Positions 1-12,521 of a DNA stretch of 64,000 nt are shown here, piece by piece. The translations under genes and the position numbers were made by a program. The number at the start of each line of letters is the position of its first letter. Positions within the stretch are counted from its first letter, which is position 1. Source of the stretch: Mustelus asterias (Eukaryota); contig NW_027590137.1 of assembly GCF_964213995.1 (NCBI RefSeq), positions 806,001-870,000 of the forward strand, given 5' to 3'. The notes under the pieces were generated by a model. That model saw only the letters and a program-made list of their open reading frames with translations, searched no databases and was not told the origin of the DNA.

Positions 1-152
1 CCAGGAGAGGCCCTTTAACTGCTCTGACTGTGGGAATGGTTTCAAAAGCTCTCAGGAACTGATGATCCACCAGTCCATTCACAGCTGCTGTGTGTGGGAA
101 GAAATTCACCAGTTCATCCCTCCTGCTGAGACACCAGCGAGTTCACAAGTGA
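1..152 (+). pseudogene. 3' end of a degenerate C2H2 zinc-finger array
   Basis: [13 protein letters not shown]...[12 protein letters not shown] (stop 150-152), with a deleted linker and frameshift. Followed by the 3' UTR motif shared by the other ZNF copies. Confidence 0.8.
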
Positions 153-451
153 TGATAGGGGTTGGATTCTGCTGTTATTGCTGCTGTTAATCACATCCAG
201 GACTGAACCATGTTCATTCTGACAGTTGGTGAAGCGGGAGGGTCGGGGGGTTTCTTTCTGCTGGACTGGCTGGTCTCACAATTTTGCTTCCAGTGGGCTG
301 ATGCTCTTTGAGCCTGGGAGAGCACATTTCCACTGAAATGACCCACACAAACTGATGAAGAACATTTATTTTATCCTGGACAGTAAATAATGTTTTTCCT
401 CCCACTACAGGTAGATCTAAAGTAAGTACATTTGTCTCTGTTCCATTGAGT

Positions 452-715
452 CTACAGCACAGGGCCGGGCCAGTCGGCCCAATTGGTCTGTGTCAGTATT
501 TATGCTCCACATGAGCCTCCACCCACCGCTCTTCATCTCCCCCCATCAGCATATCCTTCTATTCCTCTCTCCCTCATGTATGTATCCAGCTTCCCCTTCA
601 ATGTATCCATGATGTTCACCTCAACCACTCGCTGTGGTAGTGAGTTCCACATTCTCACCACTCGCTGGTAAAGAGGTTTCTCACTGAAATCCTGGTGGAT
701 TATTGAACCCCTTCA
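452..715 (-). mobile_element. old CR1 3' fragment (left part of the host element split by the full-length CR1)
   Basis: Degenerate CR1 3' end; continues at 5590 (cccttcataac|cttaaa...caggtcaccc). Confidence 0.6.
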
Positions 716-930
716 TAACAAACAAAGAACAATACAGCACAGGAACAGGCCCTTCGGCCCTCCAAGCCCGCGCCGCTCCCCGGTCCAGGATTGAATCCTG
801 AATCCAGGATCCCCGCCCAATTTTCCAGCCTATCTACATACCAATATCCTATCCACCGAGCTGTCCCTCACAGCTACGATGCTTTGTTCATTACAACCTA
901 TTAACTTACCCCCACCCCCCCATTCCAGAC

Positions 931-1059
931 CATGTGATCTCCAGGGAGAGGCGAAAACCCAGAGTGAAAAACCCCAGGGCCAATATGGGGAAAAAAAATC
1001 TGGGAAATTCCTCTCCGACCCCCTGAGGCGATCGAAACGAGTCCAGGAGATCACAATGG
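931..1059 (-). other. multi-stem RNA structure module in the CR1 3' UTR
   Basis: Nested complementary pairs 934-942/1046-1054, 945-951/1010-1016, 958-963/999-1004 and 972-976/986-990. Confidence 0.7.
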
Positions 1060-1224
1060 CCCCGATCGGAAAATGCTTCCCAACCCTAGTCATTTCCACT
1101 TCCACGAACACCATATGAATTCCCTGCCCCCGAGACAGGTTCCCAACTATCCGCAGTCTCACTCTGTACTGGCACCAGCAAGATGATCATAGAATGAAGC
1201 CTTGAAACGAGAAACCAGGAACAA

Positions 1225-4200
1225 TTAGCCCGCGCCGCTCCCTGGTCCAAACTCGACCACTCTTTTGTATCCCTCCATTCCCACTCCGTTCATATAGCTG
1301 TCTAGATAAGTCTTAAACGTTCCCAGTGTGTCCGCCTCCACCACCTTGCCCGGCAACACATTCCAGGCCCCCACGACCCTCTGTGTGAAATATGTCCTTC
1401 TGATATCTGTGTTAAACCTCCCCCCCTTCACCTTGAACCTATGACCCCTCGTGAACGTCACCACCGACCCGGGGAAAAGCTTCCCACCGTTCACCCTATC
1501 GATGCCTTTCATAATTTTATACACCTCTATTAAGTCTCCCCTCATCCTCCGTCTTTCCAAGGAGAACAACCCCAGTTTCCCCAATCTCTCCTCATAACCA
1601 AGCCCCTCCATACCAGGCAACATCCTGGTAAACCTCCTCTGTACTCTCTCCAAAGCCTCCACGTCCTTCTGGTAGTGTGGCGACCAGAACTGGACGCAGT
1701 ATTCCAAATGCGGCCGAACCAACGTTCTATACATCTGCAACATCAGACCCCAACTTTTATACTCTATGCCCCGTCCTATAAAGGCAAGCATGCCATATGC
1801 CTTCTTCACCACCTTCTCCACCTGTGACGTCACCTTCAAAGATCTGTGGACTTGCACACCCAGGTCCCTCTGCGTCTCTACACCCTTTATGGTTCTTCCA
1901 TTTATCGTGTAGCTCCTCCCTACATTATTCCCACCAAAATGCATCACTTCGCATTTATCAGGATTGAACTCCATCTGCCATTTCCTTGCCCAAATTTCCA
2001 GCCTATCTATATCCTTCTGTAGCCTCTGACAATGTTCCTCACTATCTGCAAGTCCTGCCAGTTTTGTGTCGTCCGCAAACTTACTGATCACCCCAGTTAC
2101 TCCTTCTTCCAGATCATTTATATAAATCACAAACAGCAGAGGTCCCAATACAGAGCCCTGCGGTACACCACTAGTCACAGGCCTCCAGCCGGAAAAAGAC
2201 CCTTCCACTACCACCCTCTATCTTCTGTGACCAAGCCAGTTCTCCACCCATCTAGCCACCTCCCCCTTTATCCCATGGGATCCAACCTTTTTCACTAGCC
2301 TACCATGAGGGACTTTGTCAAATGCTTTACTAAAGTCCATATAGACAACATCCACGGCCCTTCCTTCGTCAACCATTTTGGTCACTTCTTCAAAAAACAC
2401 CACCAGGTTCGTGAGGCATGACCTCCCTCTCACAAAACCATGTTGACTATCGTTAATGAGTTTATTCCTTTCTAAATGCGCATACATCCTATCTTTAAGA
2501 ATCTTCTCCAACAACTTCCCCACCACGGACGTCAAGCTCACCGGCCTATAATTACCCGGGTTATCCTTCCTACCCTTCTTAAATAACGGGACCACATTGG
2601 CTATCCTCCAATCCTCTGGGACCTCACCTGTGTCCAGTGACGAGACAAAGATTTGCGTCAGAGGCCCAACGATTTCACCTCTCGTCTCCCTGAGCAGCCT
2701 TGGATAGATTCCATCAGGCCCTGGGGATTTGTCAGTCTTTATATTCTCTAACAAACCTAACACTTCCTCCTTTGTAATGGAGATTTTCTCCAACGGTTCA
2801 ACACTCCCCTCCGAGACACTCCCAGTCAACACATCCCTCTCCTTAGTGAATACCGACGCAAAGTATTCATTTAGGATCTCCCCTACCTCTTTGGGCTCCA
2901 AGCATAAGTCCCCACTTTTGTCCCTGAGAGGTCCGATTTTTTCCCTAACAACCCTTTTGTTCCTAACGTATGAATAAAATGCCTTGGCATTCTCCTTAAT
3001 CCTGTCTGCCAAGAACATTTCGTGACCCCTTTTTGCTCTTCTAATTCCCCGTTTGAGTATTTTCCTACTTTCATTATACTCCTCCAGAGCTCCCTCCGTT
3101 TTTAGCTGCTTGGACCTAACATACGCCTCTCTTTTCCTTTTGACCAGTCCCTCAATTTCCCTGGTTATCAACGGTTCTCTAATCCTACCCTTCCTATCCT
3201 TCTTTTTTACAGGCACATGCTTGTCCTGTAGCCCTAACAACCGTTCCTTAAAAGACTGCCACATACCAGATGTGGATTTACCCTCAAACAGCCTCTCCCA
3301 ATCAAGAGCTGCCAATTTCTGCCTGATCCCACTAAAGTTAGCCTTCCCCCAATCCAACACCTTACCCTTGGGACACCACTCATCCTTTTCCATCACTATC
3401 CTAAAGCTAACAGAATTGTGGTCACTATTTGCCACATGTTCCCCAACCAAAACTTTGAAGACCTGACCGGGCTCATTCCCCAGCACCAGGTCCAGTATAG
3501 CCCCCTCTCTAGTTGGGCTGTCCACATATTGTTCCAACGAACCCTCCTGTACACATATTACAAATGCCTCACCATCCAGAGTCCCTGCCCTCAGCGATTT
3601 CCAGTCTATACCAGGGAAATTGAAGTCTCCCACTACAACAACCCTATATTTCCTGCACCTATCCAGTATCTCCTGACATATCCATTCTTCCACTTCCCTT
3701 GGGCTGTTGGGGGGCCTGTAGTACACCCCCAACATAGTGACTGCGCCTTTCCTGTTTCTAAGCTCCACCCAGAGTGACTCGCTACACGACTCCTCCGAAT
3801 TGTCCTCCCTCTGCACCGCTGTAATATGCTCTCCAACCAATACCGCTACTCCCCCACCTCTTTTGGCCCCTCCTCTGTCTCGCCTAAAACACTTGTACCC
3901 TGGAATATTCAGCTGCCAGTCCTGTCCCTCTTTCAACCAAGTCTCTGTCACCGCAACCACATCCAAATTCCTCGTGCGCATTAAGGCCCCAAGTTCGTCT
4001 GTTTTACCTGCTACGCTCCTTGCATTGAAGTATAAGCACTCCAGACCCCCAGGCTCAGTGAGGTCGTCCTCCCCCAGAGTGCTCTTCTTCTTTGCCAGCC
4101 TTGTCCCAGCCCCAAGCTCGTCCCCAGCCACCACACTTATAGACCTAATATTTTGATCCCCACCCCCCTGCCATACTAGTTTAAACCCCCCCGAACTGCA
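1225..4200 (-). pseudogene. CR1 ORF2 (APE endonuclease + reverse transcriptase) with one in-frame stop
   Basis: [44 protein letters not shown] single TAG at 2218-2220 (HRR*RVVVEG, where other copies have Q) splits the two track ORFs, which share one frame. Confidence 0.95.
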
Positions 4201-5192
4201 TTAGCAAAGCTCCCAGCCAGGATATTTGTGCCCTTCCAACTTAGTTGTGACCCCTCCCTCTTGTACAGGTGCCATCCTCTCCTGAAAACCTCCCATTGGT
4301 CTATGAAAATAAAGCCCTCCCTCCTGGACCAGTCCTTTAGCCAGGCATTCATTTGAACCAACTCCCTATTCTTATCCTCACTGGCACGAGGCATTGGGAG
4401 CAGCCCAGAGATGGCCACCCTAGTGACCCTACTTTTTAACCTATTTCCCAACTCCCTGAATTGCTCTCTTAGGACCCCCCTACTCTTCCTATCTACGTCA
4501 TTTCCACCAATGTGTATAATGACATCCGTTTCTTTATCTTCCCCTTTTAAAATGCCTCCTATCCGCTCGGAGACATCCGTGACCCCAGCACCAGGTAGGC
4601 AGACTACCATCCTGGAGTCCCGTTCGCCCCCACAGAATCGCCTGTCTGTCCCTCTAACTGACGCATCCCCCACCACTATCGCTCTCCTAACCCCTCTCTT
4701 CCCTTTCCGGGCCACAGAGCCTGACTGTGTGCCAGTGACCTGGTCACTGTGTCTTACCCCTGGAGAGGCACACTCCTCCACACTATCTAAAACAATATAC
4801 CTGTTTTGGAGTGGGACAACCACAGGTGACCCTTCTTCTAACTGTCCACTCCCCTCCCCTCTCACACCTGTCACCAAGCCCTTCCTATTTTGAGACACCT
4901 CTGGAGACCTCCCTTGTACTTTACCCTTCTGCCCTTTACTCCTCCTAACTGTGACCCACGTGTCTTCCTCCCGATGCCCCGGTGTAACTAGTTGCCTATA
5001 ACTGCTGTCAATTTTTCTCCCATTTTCCCTGACTAGGCTAAGGTCAGCGATCTGCAGCTCCAGTTCCCTAACACGGTCCCTCAAGAGCTGCAGTTCCACG
5101 CACCTGGCACATATGTGAACCTCTGGAAAGCCCGGTGTTTGCAGGAACTCCCACATCCCACATCGGAAGCACTGAACTGGCCGATCACTCAT
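4176..5192 (-). CDS. CR1 ORF1p: zinc finger/leucine zipper + SGNH-esterase-like domain
   Basis: 338 aa. CxxC...CxxC, heptad leucines (LLRDRVRELELQIADL), VVGDA, CLPGA and HIGGND blocks. Confidence 0.92.
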   Translation of the reverse strand: MSDRPVQCFRCGMWEFLQTPGFPEVHICARCVELQLLRDRVRELELQIADLSLVRENGRKIDSSYRQLVTPGHREEDTWVTVRRSKGQKGKVQGRSPEVSQNRKGLVTGVRGEGSGQLEEGSPVVVPLQNRYIVLDSVEECASPGVRHSDQVTGTQSGSVARKGKRGVRRAIVVGDASVRGTDRRFCGGERDSRMVVCLPGAGVTDVSERIGGILKGEDKETDVIIHIGGNDVDRKSRGVLREQFRELGNRLKSRVTRVAISGLLPMPRASEDKNRELVQMNAWLKDWSRREGFIFIDQWEVFRRGWHLYKREGSQLSWKGTNILAGSFANAVRGGLN

Positions 5193-5589
5193 ACCTGCCC
5201 TTATCCTTTATAGGGTTGGGTAAAAAATAACTAGCCTTGCCTTGCCCTTTTAGCCCAAGCCCTGTGAGCCAAAGCCCTTATAATGCACACTCTGCTACCC
5301 ACTCACTCCACTGCCCGCTCCCGACGCTGCCCGCTGTATAGTGCAGACGGCTTTTTATGCTCCCGACGAACCCCCCAAGTAACTGCCTTTTATACTAAGA
5401 CTCAACCTCCCAGAATCCCCTTCAGCTGACCTCATTTCCTCAATTCAAAACCCTGAAAAAAGCCCGCGAAATATACTAGGAATACCCTTAAATGAATAAA
5501 TGAATAATTAAATCACTTCTTAGCTTACTCTCAGCACTCCTGCTAAGACTCTCTCCCCCACTCTCACTCCAGTTAAACAAAGAGTTAAC

Positions 5590-5990
5590 CTTAAATTCTT
5601 CCATCAGGTCACCCTTCAGTCTTCTCTTTTCTAGAGAAAAGCAGTGCCAGCCTTTCCTGAAGGTTAAATGCTCTCAGTTCTGGGATTATTCTTGTGAATC
5701 TTTGTTGCCGCTTCTCCAGTGCCTCTATTTCCTTTTTCTAAATGGAGATCACAAATGTTGACAGTGCTCCCAGTGTAGCCGAACCCTGATTCTAAACAAG
5801 TTGAACAGAACCTCCCTGCTGTTCAATTCTATTCCTCGAGAATGGAACCCTGTATATGGGCCCCACGCTTTAGGAAAGATGTGAAGTCCTTAGAGAGGGT
5901 GCAGAGGAGATTTACAAGAATGACTCCAGGGATGAGGGACTTCAGTGAGTTCGAGAGACTTGAACAGCTGAAATTTCTCTCTTTAGATCA
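5590..5990. mobile_element. old CR1 fragments (minus 5590-5840, plus about 5850-5990)
   Basis: The plus piece translates to RKDVKSLERVQRRFTRM; the minus piece continues the 452-715 remnant. Confidence 0.7.
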
Positions 5991-6290
5991 GACAGGCATT
6001 AGGATTGGGAATGGGGCCATTCAGCCCATTGAGTCCATGCTGGCTCTCTGTAGATCAAACTGTTGCCCTGTTCTCTCTCCGTGTCCCTGCGGATTTATTT
6101 CCCTGAAGTTCCCATCCAATTTCCTTTTGGAAACATTCCATTATCTCTGCTTCAGCCGCTCGTAGGAAGTGAGTTCCAGATATTTACCACTTCAAATGCA
6201 AACGAGGAGCAGAGAGCACAAAAGGAGGCCGTGTGACCCATTGTGCCCCTGCTGCCTCTTCAAACATTCTCAGCAACAAGGTCAGGGAGG

Positions 6291-8490
6291 CCATAGAACC
6301 ATAGAAAATTACAGCTCAGAAACAGGCCTTTTGGCCCTTCTTGTCTGTGCCGAACCATTTTATGCCTAGTCCCACTGACCTGCACTTGGACCATATCCCT
6401 CCACACCCCTCTCATCCATGAACCCGTCCAAGTTTTTCTTAAATGTTAAAAGTGACCCCGCATTTACCACTTTATCCGGCAGCTCATTCCACACTCCCAC
6501 CACTCTCTGCGTGAAGAAGCCCCCCCTAATATTCCCTTTAAACTTTTCTCCTTTCACCCTTAACCCATGCCCTCTGGTTTTTTTCTCCCCTAGCTTCAGC
6601 GGAAAAAGCCTGCTTGCATTCACTCTATCTATACCCATCAAAATCTTATACACCTCTATCAAATCTCCCCTCAATCTTCTACGCTCCAGGGAATAAAGTC
6701 CCATCCTATTCAATCTCTCTCTGTAACTCAGCTTCTCAAGTCCCGGCAACATCCTTGTGAACCTTCTCTGCACTCTTTCAATCTTATTTACATCCTTCCT
6801 GTAACTAGGTGACCAAAACTGTACACAATACTCCAAATTCGGCCTCACCAATGCCTTATATAACCTTACCATAACACTCCAACTTTTATACTCGATACTC
6901 CAATTTATAAAGGCCAATGTACCAAAGGCACTCTTTACGACCCTATCCACCTGTGACGTCACTTTTAGGGAACTCTGTACCTGTATTCCCAGATCCCTCT
7001 GTTCAACTGCACTCTTCAGAGTCCTACCATTTACCCTGTACGTTCTTCTTTGGTTTGTCCTTCCAAAGTGCAATATCTCACACTTGTCTGCGTTAAATTC
7101 CATTTGCCATTTTTCAGCCCATTTTTCTAGTTGGTCCAAATCCCTCTGCAAGCTTTGAAAACCTTCCTCACTGCCCACTACACCTCCAATCTTTGTATCA
7201 TCAGCAAACTTGCTGATCCAATTGACCACATTATCATCCAGATCATTGATATAGATGACAAACAACAATGGACCCAACACCGATCCCTGCGGCACACCAC
7301 TAGTCACAGGCCTCCACTCAGAGAAGCAATCCTCCACAACCACTCTCTGGCTTCTTCCATTGAGCCAGTGTCTTATCCAATTTACTACCTCCCCATGTAT
7401 ACCCAGAGACTGAACCTTCCTAACTAACCTCCCATGAGGGACCTTGTCAAAGGCCTTGCTGAAATCCAGGTAGACAACACCCACTGCCTTCCCTTCATCC
7501 ACTTTCCTGGTAACCTCCTCGAAAAACTCTAATAGATTGGTCAAACATGACCTACCACGCACAAAGCCATGTTGACTCTCCCTAATAAGTCCCTGTCTAT
7601 CCAAATATTTGTAGATCCTATCCCTTATCACACCTTCCAATAACTTGCCCACCACCGACGTCAAACTTACTGACCGATAATTTCCCGGATTTCTTTTGGA
7701 ACCTTTTTTAAACAATGGAACAACATGAGCCACCCTCCAATCATCCGGCACCTCCCCCGTGAATACTGACATTTTAAATATGTCTGCCAGGGCCCCTGCA
7801 AGTTCAACACTAGCTTCCCTCAAGGTCCGTGGGAATACCCTGTCCGGTCTTGGGGATTTATCCACTCTGATTTGCCTCAAGACAGCGAGCACCTCCTCCC
7901 CTTTAATCTGTAAAGGTTCCATGGCCTCCCTACCAGTTTGCCCTATTTCCGTAGACTCCATGCCCATTTCCTCAGTAAATACAGATGCAAAAAAACCATT
8001 TAGTATCTCCCCATCTCTTTTGGTTCCATACACAGTGTACCACTCTGGTCTTCAAGAGGACCAATTTTATCCCTCACTATCCTTTTGCTCCTAACATACC
8101 TATAGAAGCTCTTTGGATTTTCCTTCACTCTGTCTGCCAAAGCAACCTCATGTCTTCTTTTAGCCCTCCTGATTTCCCTCTTAAGTAGCTTCTTGCACTT
8201 TTTATACTCCTCGAGCATCTGATGTGTTCCTTGCTGCCTGTACATTTCATACAACTTCCTCTTAATCAGTGTTACAATCTCCCTCGAGAACCAAGGTTCC
8301 TTATTCCTATTTACTTTGCCTTTAATCCTGACAGGAACATACAAACTCTGCACTCTCAAAATTTCTCCTTTGAAGGCCTCCCACTTTCCATTTACATCCT
8401 TACCAGAGAACAGCCTGTGCCAAGCCACACTTCCCAGATCCCTTCTCATTTCATCAAATTTGGCCTTTTTCCTGTTCAGAACTTCAACCC
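6291..8490 (-). mobile_element. 5'-truncated CR1 LINE
   Basis: RT ORF 6366-8033 plus 8000-8449 (one frameshift); tail ccatagaaccatagaa and terminal stem-loop. Confidence 0.95.
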
Positions 8491-8765
8491 GAGAACTTCA
8501 ACCATGTTAAATTCTAACATGTGACTGGAGTTTTATTTTAAAAATTAATGTTGGATTCACCTACATGCTTGTGGAAGCTGCATAGCTGGCAGGAATTGTC
8601 TGAACTAAGAATTTCTTCTATGAATTTGATCAGTTGGAGGACATTATATTCTGTCAAATCTGGCTCAAGAATAAGGTTGATTGCTCAGTTCAAGTAAGAA
8701 GGAAAGCTATTGGCTTGCAGCAAGTGTCTTTTCGAACCAGGATATCTTGTATTAACCTTATTCAG

Positions 8766-8858
8766 TTGTGGGACATGGGCGTCGCTGGCTGGCCAACATT
8801 TATTGCCCATCCCGAGATGCCCTTGTTCAGAGGGCAGTTGAGAGTCAACCACATTGTA
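8766..8858 (-). mobile_element. 3'-end fragment of an older LINE family
   Basis: gtgggacatgggcgtcgctggc...atttattgcccatccc; the same sequence recurs at 48428-48600 and, on the other strand, near 30030-30088. Confidence 0.55.
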
Positions 8859-9682
8859 TGAACCAAATGTGTTCATTAATTATTACTGTATTTAGAACAA
8901 AGAACAAAGAAAGTTACAGCACAGGGACAGGCCCTTTAGCCCTCCAAGCCTGCTGCCGGACTAAGTTAAAACCCCCTACCCTTCCGGGGACCATTTCCCT
9001 CTATTCCCATCCTATTCATGTATTTGTCAAGATGTCCCTTAAAAGTCACTGTCATATCTGCTTCCACTACCCCCCAGGCAACGAGTTCCAGGAACCCACT
9101 GCTCTCTGTGTAAAAAATCTGCCTCGTACATCTCCTTTAAACCTTGCCCCTCACACCTTAAACCTGTGCCCCCTAGTAATTGACGCTTCCACCCTGGGAA
9201 ACAGCTTCTGACTATCCACTCTGTCCATGCCTCTCATAATCTTGTAGACTTCTATCAGGTCGCCCCCTCAACCTCCCTCATTCCAGTGAGAACAAACCAA
9301 GTTTCTCCAACCTCTCCGCATAGCTAATGCCCTCCATACCAGGCAACATCCGGGTAAATATTTTCTGTGCCCTCTCCAAAGCCTCCACATCCTTCTGATA
9401 GTGTGGCGACCGGAATTGAACACTATATTCCAAGTGCAGCCTAACTAAGCTTCTCGAAAGCTGCAACATGACTTGCCAATTTTTAAACTCAATGCCCCGA
9501 CTGATGAAGGCAAGCATGCCGTATGCCTTCTTGACTACCTTCTCCGCCTGCATTGCCACTTTCAGTGACCTGTGTACCTGTACACCCAGATCCCTTTGCC
9601 GATCAATACTCCTAAGGGTTTTGCCGTTTACTGTATATTTCCTATCTGTATTAGACCTTCCAAAATGCATTACCTCACATTT

Positions 9683-11791
9683 AGAACATAGAACATAGAA
9701 CATAGAACACTACAGCGCAGAACAGGCCCTTCGGCCCACGATGTTGCACCGACCAGTTAAAAAAAAAAAACTGTGACCCTCCAACCTAAACCAATTTCTT
9801 TTCGTCCATGAACCTATCTACGGATCTCTTAAACGCCCCCAAACTAGGCGCATTTACTACTGATGCTGGCAGGGCATTCCAATCCCTCACCACCCTCTGG
9901 GTAAAGAACCTACCCCTGACATCGGTTCTATAACTACCCCCCCTCAATTTAAAGCCATGCCCCCTCGTGCTGGATTTCTCCATCAGAGGAAAAAGGCTAT
10001 CACTATCCACCCTATCTAAACCTCTAATCATCTTATATGTTTCAATAAGATCCCCTCTTAGCCGCCGCCTTTCCAGCGAAAACAATCCCAAATCCCTCAG
10101 CCTCTCCTCATAGGATCTCCCCTCCATACCAGGCAACATCCTGGTAAACCTCCTCTGCACCCTCTCCAAAGCCTCCACATCCTTCCTGTAATGTGGGGAC
10201 CAGAACTGCACACAGTACTCCAAGTGCGGCCGCACCAGAGTTGTGTACAGTTGCAACATAACGCTACGACTCCTAAATTCAATCCCCCTACCAATAAACG
10301 CCAAGACACCATATGCCTTCTTAACAACCTTATCTACTTGATTCCCAACTTTCAGGGATCTATGCACACATACACCTAGATCCCTCTGCTCCTCCACACT
10401 ATTCAAAGTCCTCCCGTTAGCCCTATACTCAACACATCTGTTATTCCTACCAAAGTGAATTACCTCACACTTCTCCGCATTAAACTCCATCCGCCACCTC
10501 TCGGCCCAACTTTGCAACCTGTCTAAGTCTTCCTGCAAACTACGACACCCTTCCTCACTGTCTACCACACCACCGACTTTGGTGTCATCAGCAAATTTGC
10601 TAATCCACCCAACTATACCCTCATCCAGATCATTAATAAATATTACAAACAGCAGTGGCCCCAAAACAGATCCCTGAGGTACACCACTTGTAACCGCACT
10701 CCATGATGAATATTTACTATCAACCACCACCCTCTGTTTCCTATCCGCTAGCTAATTCCTGATCCAATTTCCTAGATCACCCCCAATCCCATACATCTGC
10801 ATTTTCTGCAGAAGCCTACCATGGTGAACCTTATCAAACGCCTTACTAAAATCCATATATACCACGTCCACTGCCTTGCCCCCATCCACCTCCTTGGTCA
10901 CTTTCTCAAAAAACTCAATAAGGTTAGTAAGGCACGACCTACCTGCCACAAAACCATGCTGACTATCACCTATCAATTCATTACTCTCCAAATAACTATA
11001 AATCCTATCCCTTATAATTTTTTCCAACATCTTGCCGACAACAGAAGTGAGACTCACCGGTCTATAATTCCCGGGGAAGTCTCTGTTCCCCTTCTTAAAC
11101 AATGGGACAACATTCGCTAACCTCCAATCTTCTGGTACTATACCAGAGGCCAACGACGACCTGAAGATCAGAGCCAGAGGCTCTGCAATCACTTCTCTTG
11201 CCTCCCAGAGAATCCTTGGATAAATCCCATCCGGACCAGGGGATTTATCTATTTTCAGACCCTCCAGAATATCCTGCACATCCTCCTTATCAACTGTAAT
11301 ACTGTCTATTCTACTCCCTTGCAACCCAGTGTCCTCCTCAGCTATATTCATGTCCCCTTGCGTGAACACCGAAGAGAAATATTGGTTCAATGCTTCACCA
11401 ATCTCCTCCGGTTCCACACATAACTTCCCTCTGCCATCTATAACTGGCCCTAAACTTGCCCTAACCAACCTTCTGTTCTTGACATACCTATAGAACGCCT
11501 TAGGATTCTCTTTAACCCTATCCGCCAAAGTCTTCTCATGTCCCCTTTTAGCCCTTCTAAGCTCGCTCTTCAACTCCCTCTTAGCCAATCTAAAGCTTTC
11601 TAGTGCACTACCCGAGTGCTCACGTCTCATCCGAACATAAGCCTCCTTTTTCTTTTTAACCAACAAAGAAACTTTTTTGGTGCACCACGGTTCCCTAGCC
11701 CTACCAATTCCTCCTTGCCTGACAGGGACATACCTATCACAGACTCGCAGTAGCTGCTCCTTGAAAAAACTCCACATGTCGGACGTTCCCA
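9683..11791 (-). mobile_element. nested younger CR1 (different subfamily), 5'-truncated
   Basis: (AGAACAT)n tail at 9683; ORFs 9786-10730 and 10752-11777 are one frame with a single TAG (WIRN*LADR). Confidence 0.95.
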
Positions 11792-12458
11792 GTCCAGATT
11801 AAACTCCATCTGCCATCACTCTGCCCAAGACTCCAACCAATCTATATCCTGCTGTGTCCTCTGATGGTCCTCATCACTATTTGCAAATCCACCAACCTTT
11901 GTGTCGTCCGCAAACTTCCTAATCAAACCAGTTACATTTTCCTCCAAATCATTTATATATATATATAACAAACAGCAAGGTCCCAGCACTGATCCCTGAG
12001 GAACGCCACTTGTCACAGCCCTCCATTCAGAAATGCACCCTTCCACTGCTACCCTCTGTCTTCTTTGACCGAGCCAGTTCTGTATCCACCTTGCCAACTC
12101 ACCTCTGATCCCATGCCACTTCTCCTTCTGCACCAGTCTACCATGAGGGACCTTGTCTAAGTCCATGTGGACAACATCCACTGCTCTACCCTTATCAATC
12201 ATCTTCGTCACTTCCTCGAAAAACTCGACCAAGTCCGTGAGACACGACCTCCCCTTCACAAAACCATGTTGCCTCTCACTAATACATCCACTTATTTCCA
12301 AGTGGGAATAAATCCTGTCTCGAAGAATTCTCTCCAATAATTTCCCTATCACTGATGTAAGGCTCACCGGCCTGTAATTACCTGGATTATTCTTGCTACC
12401 CTTCTTAAACAAAGGAACAACATTGGCTATTCTCCAATCCTCTGGGACCTCCCCTGTA

Positions 12459-12521
12459 TGATGTGGAGATGCCGGCATTAGACTGGGGTAAACACAGTAA
12501 GAAGTTTAACAACACCAGGTT
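12459..12521 (-). mobile_element. Penelope-like element terminal fragment (family A)
   Basis: tgatgtggagatgccggc...cagtaagaagtttaacaacaccaggtt, matching the copies at 15833, 20941 and 35494. Confidence 0.75.

Larger units (their letters stand above)
720..5585 (-). mobile_element. near-intact full-length CR1-clade LINE (HER1-like)
   Basis: 5' UTR, ORF1, ORF2 (APE endonuclease + RT), 3' stem-loop GGGCCGAAGGGCC and (TTCTTTG)-type tail. Possible 4-bp TSD TAAC at 716-719 and 5586-5589. Confidence 0.97.

Noticed and set aside
1021-1045. ctgaggcg...cgaaac as a hammerhead core
   Set aside because: Lacks CUGANGA and suitable stems, and lies antisense to the LINE.
2032-4893. Plus-strand ORFs antisense to CR1 ORFs (and similar ones elsewhere)
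   Set aside because: Shadow ORFs of coding sequence with no independent signal.
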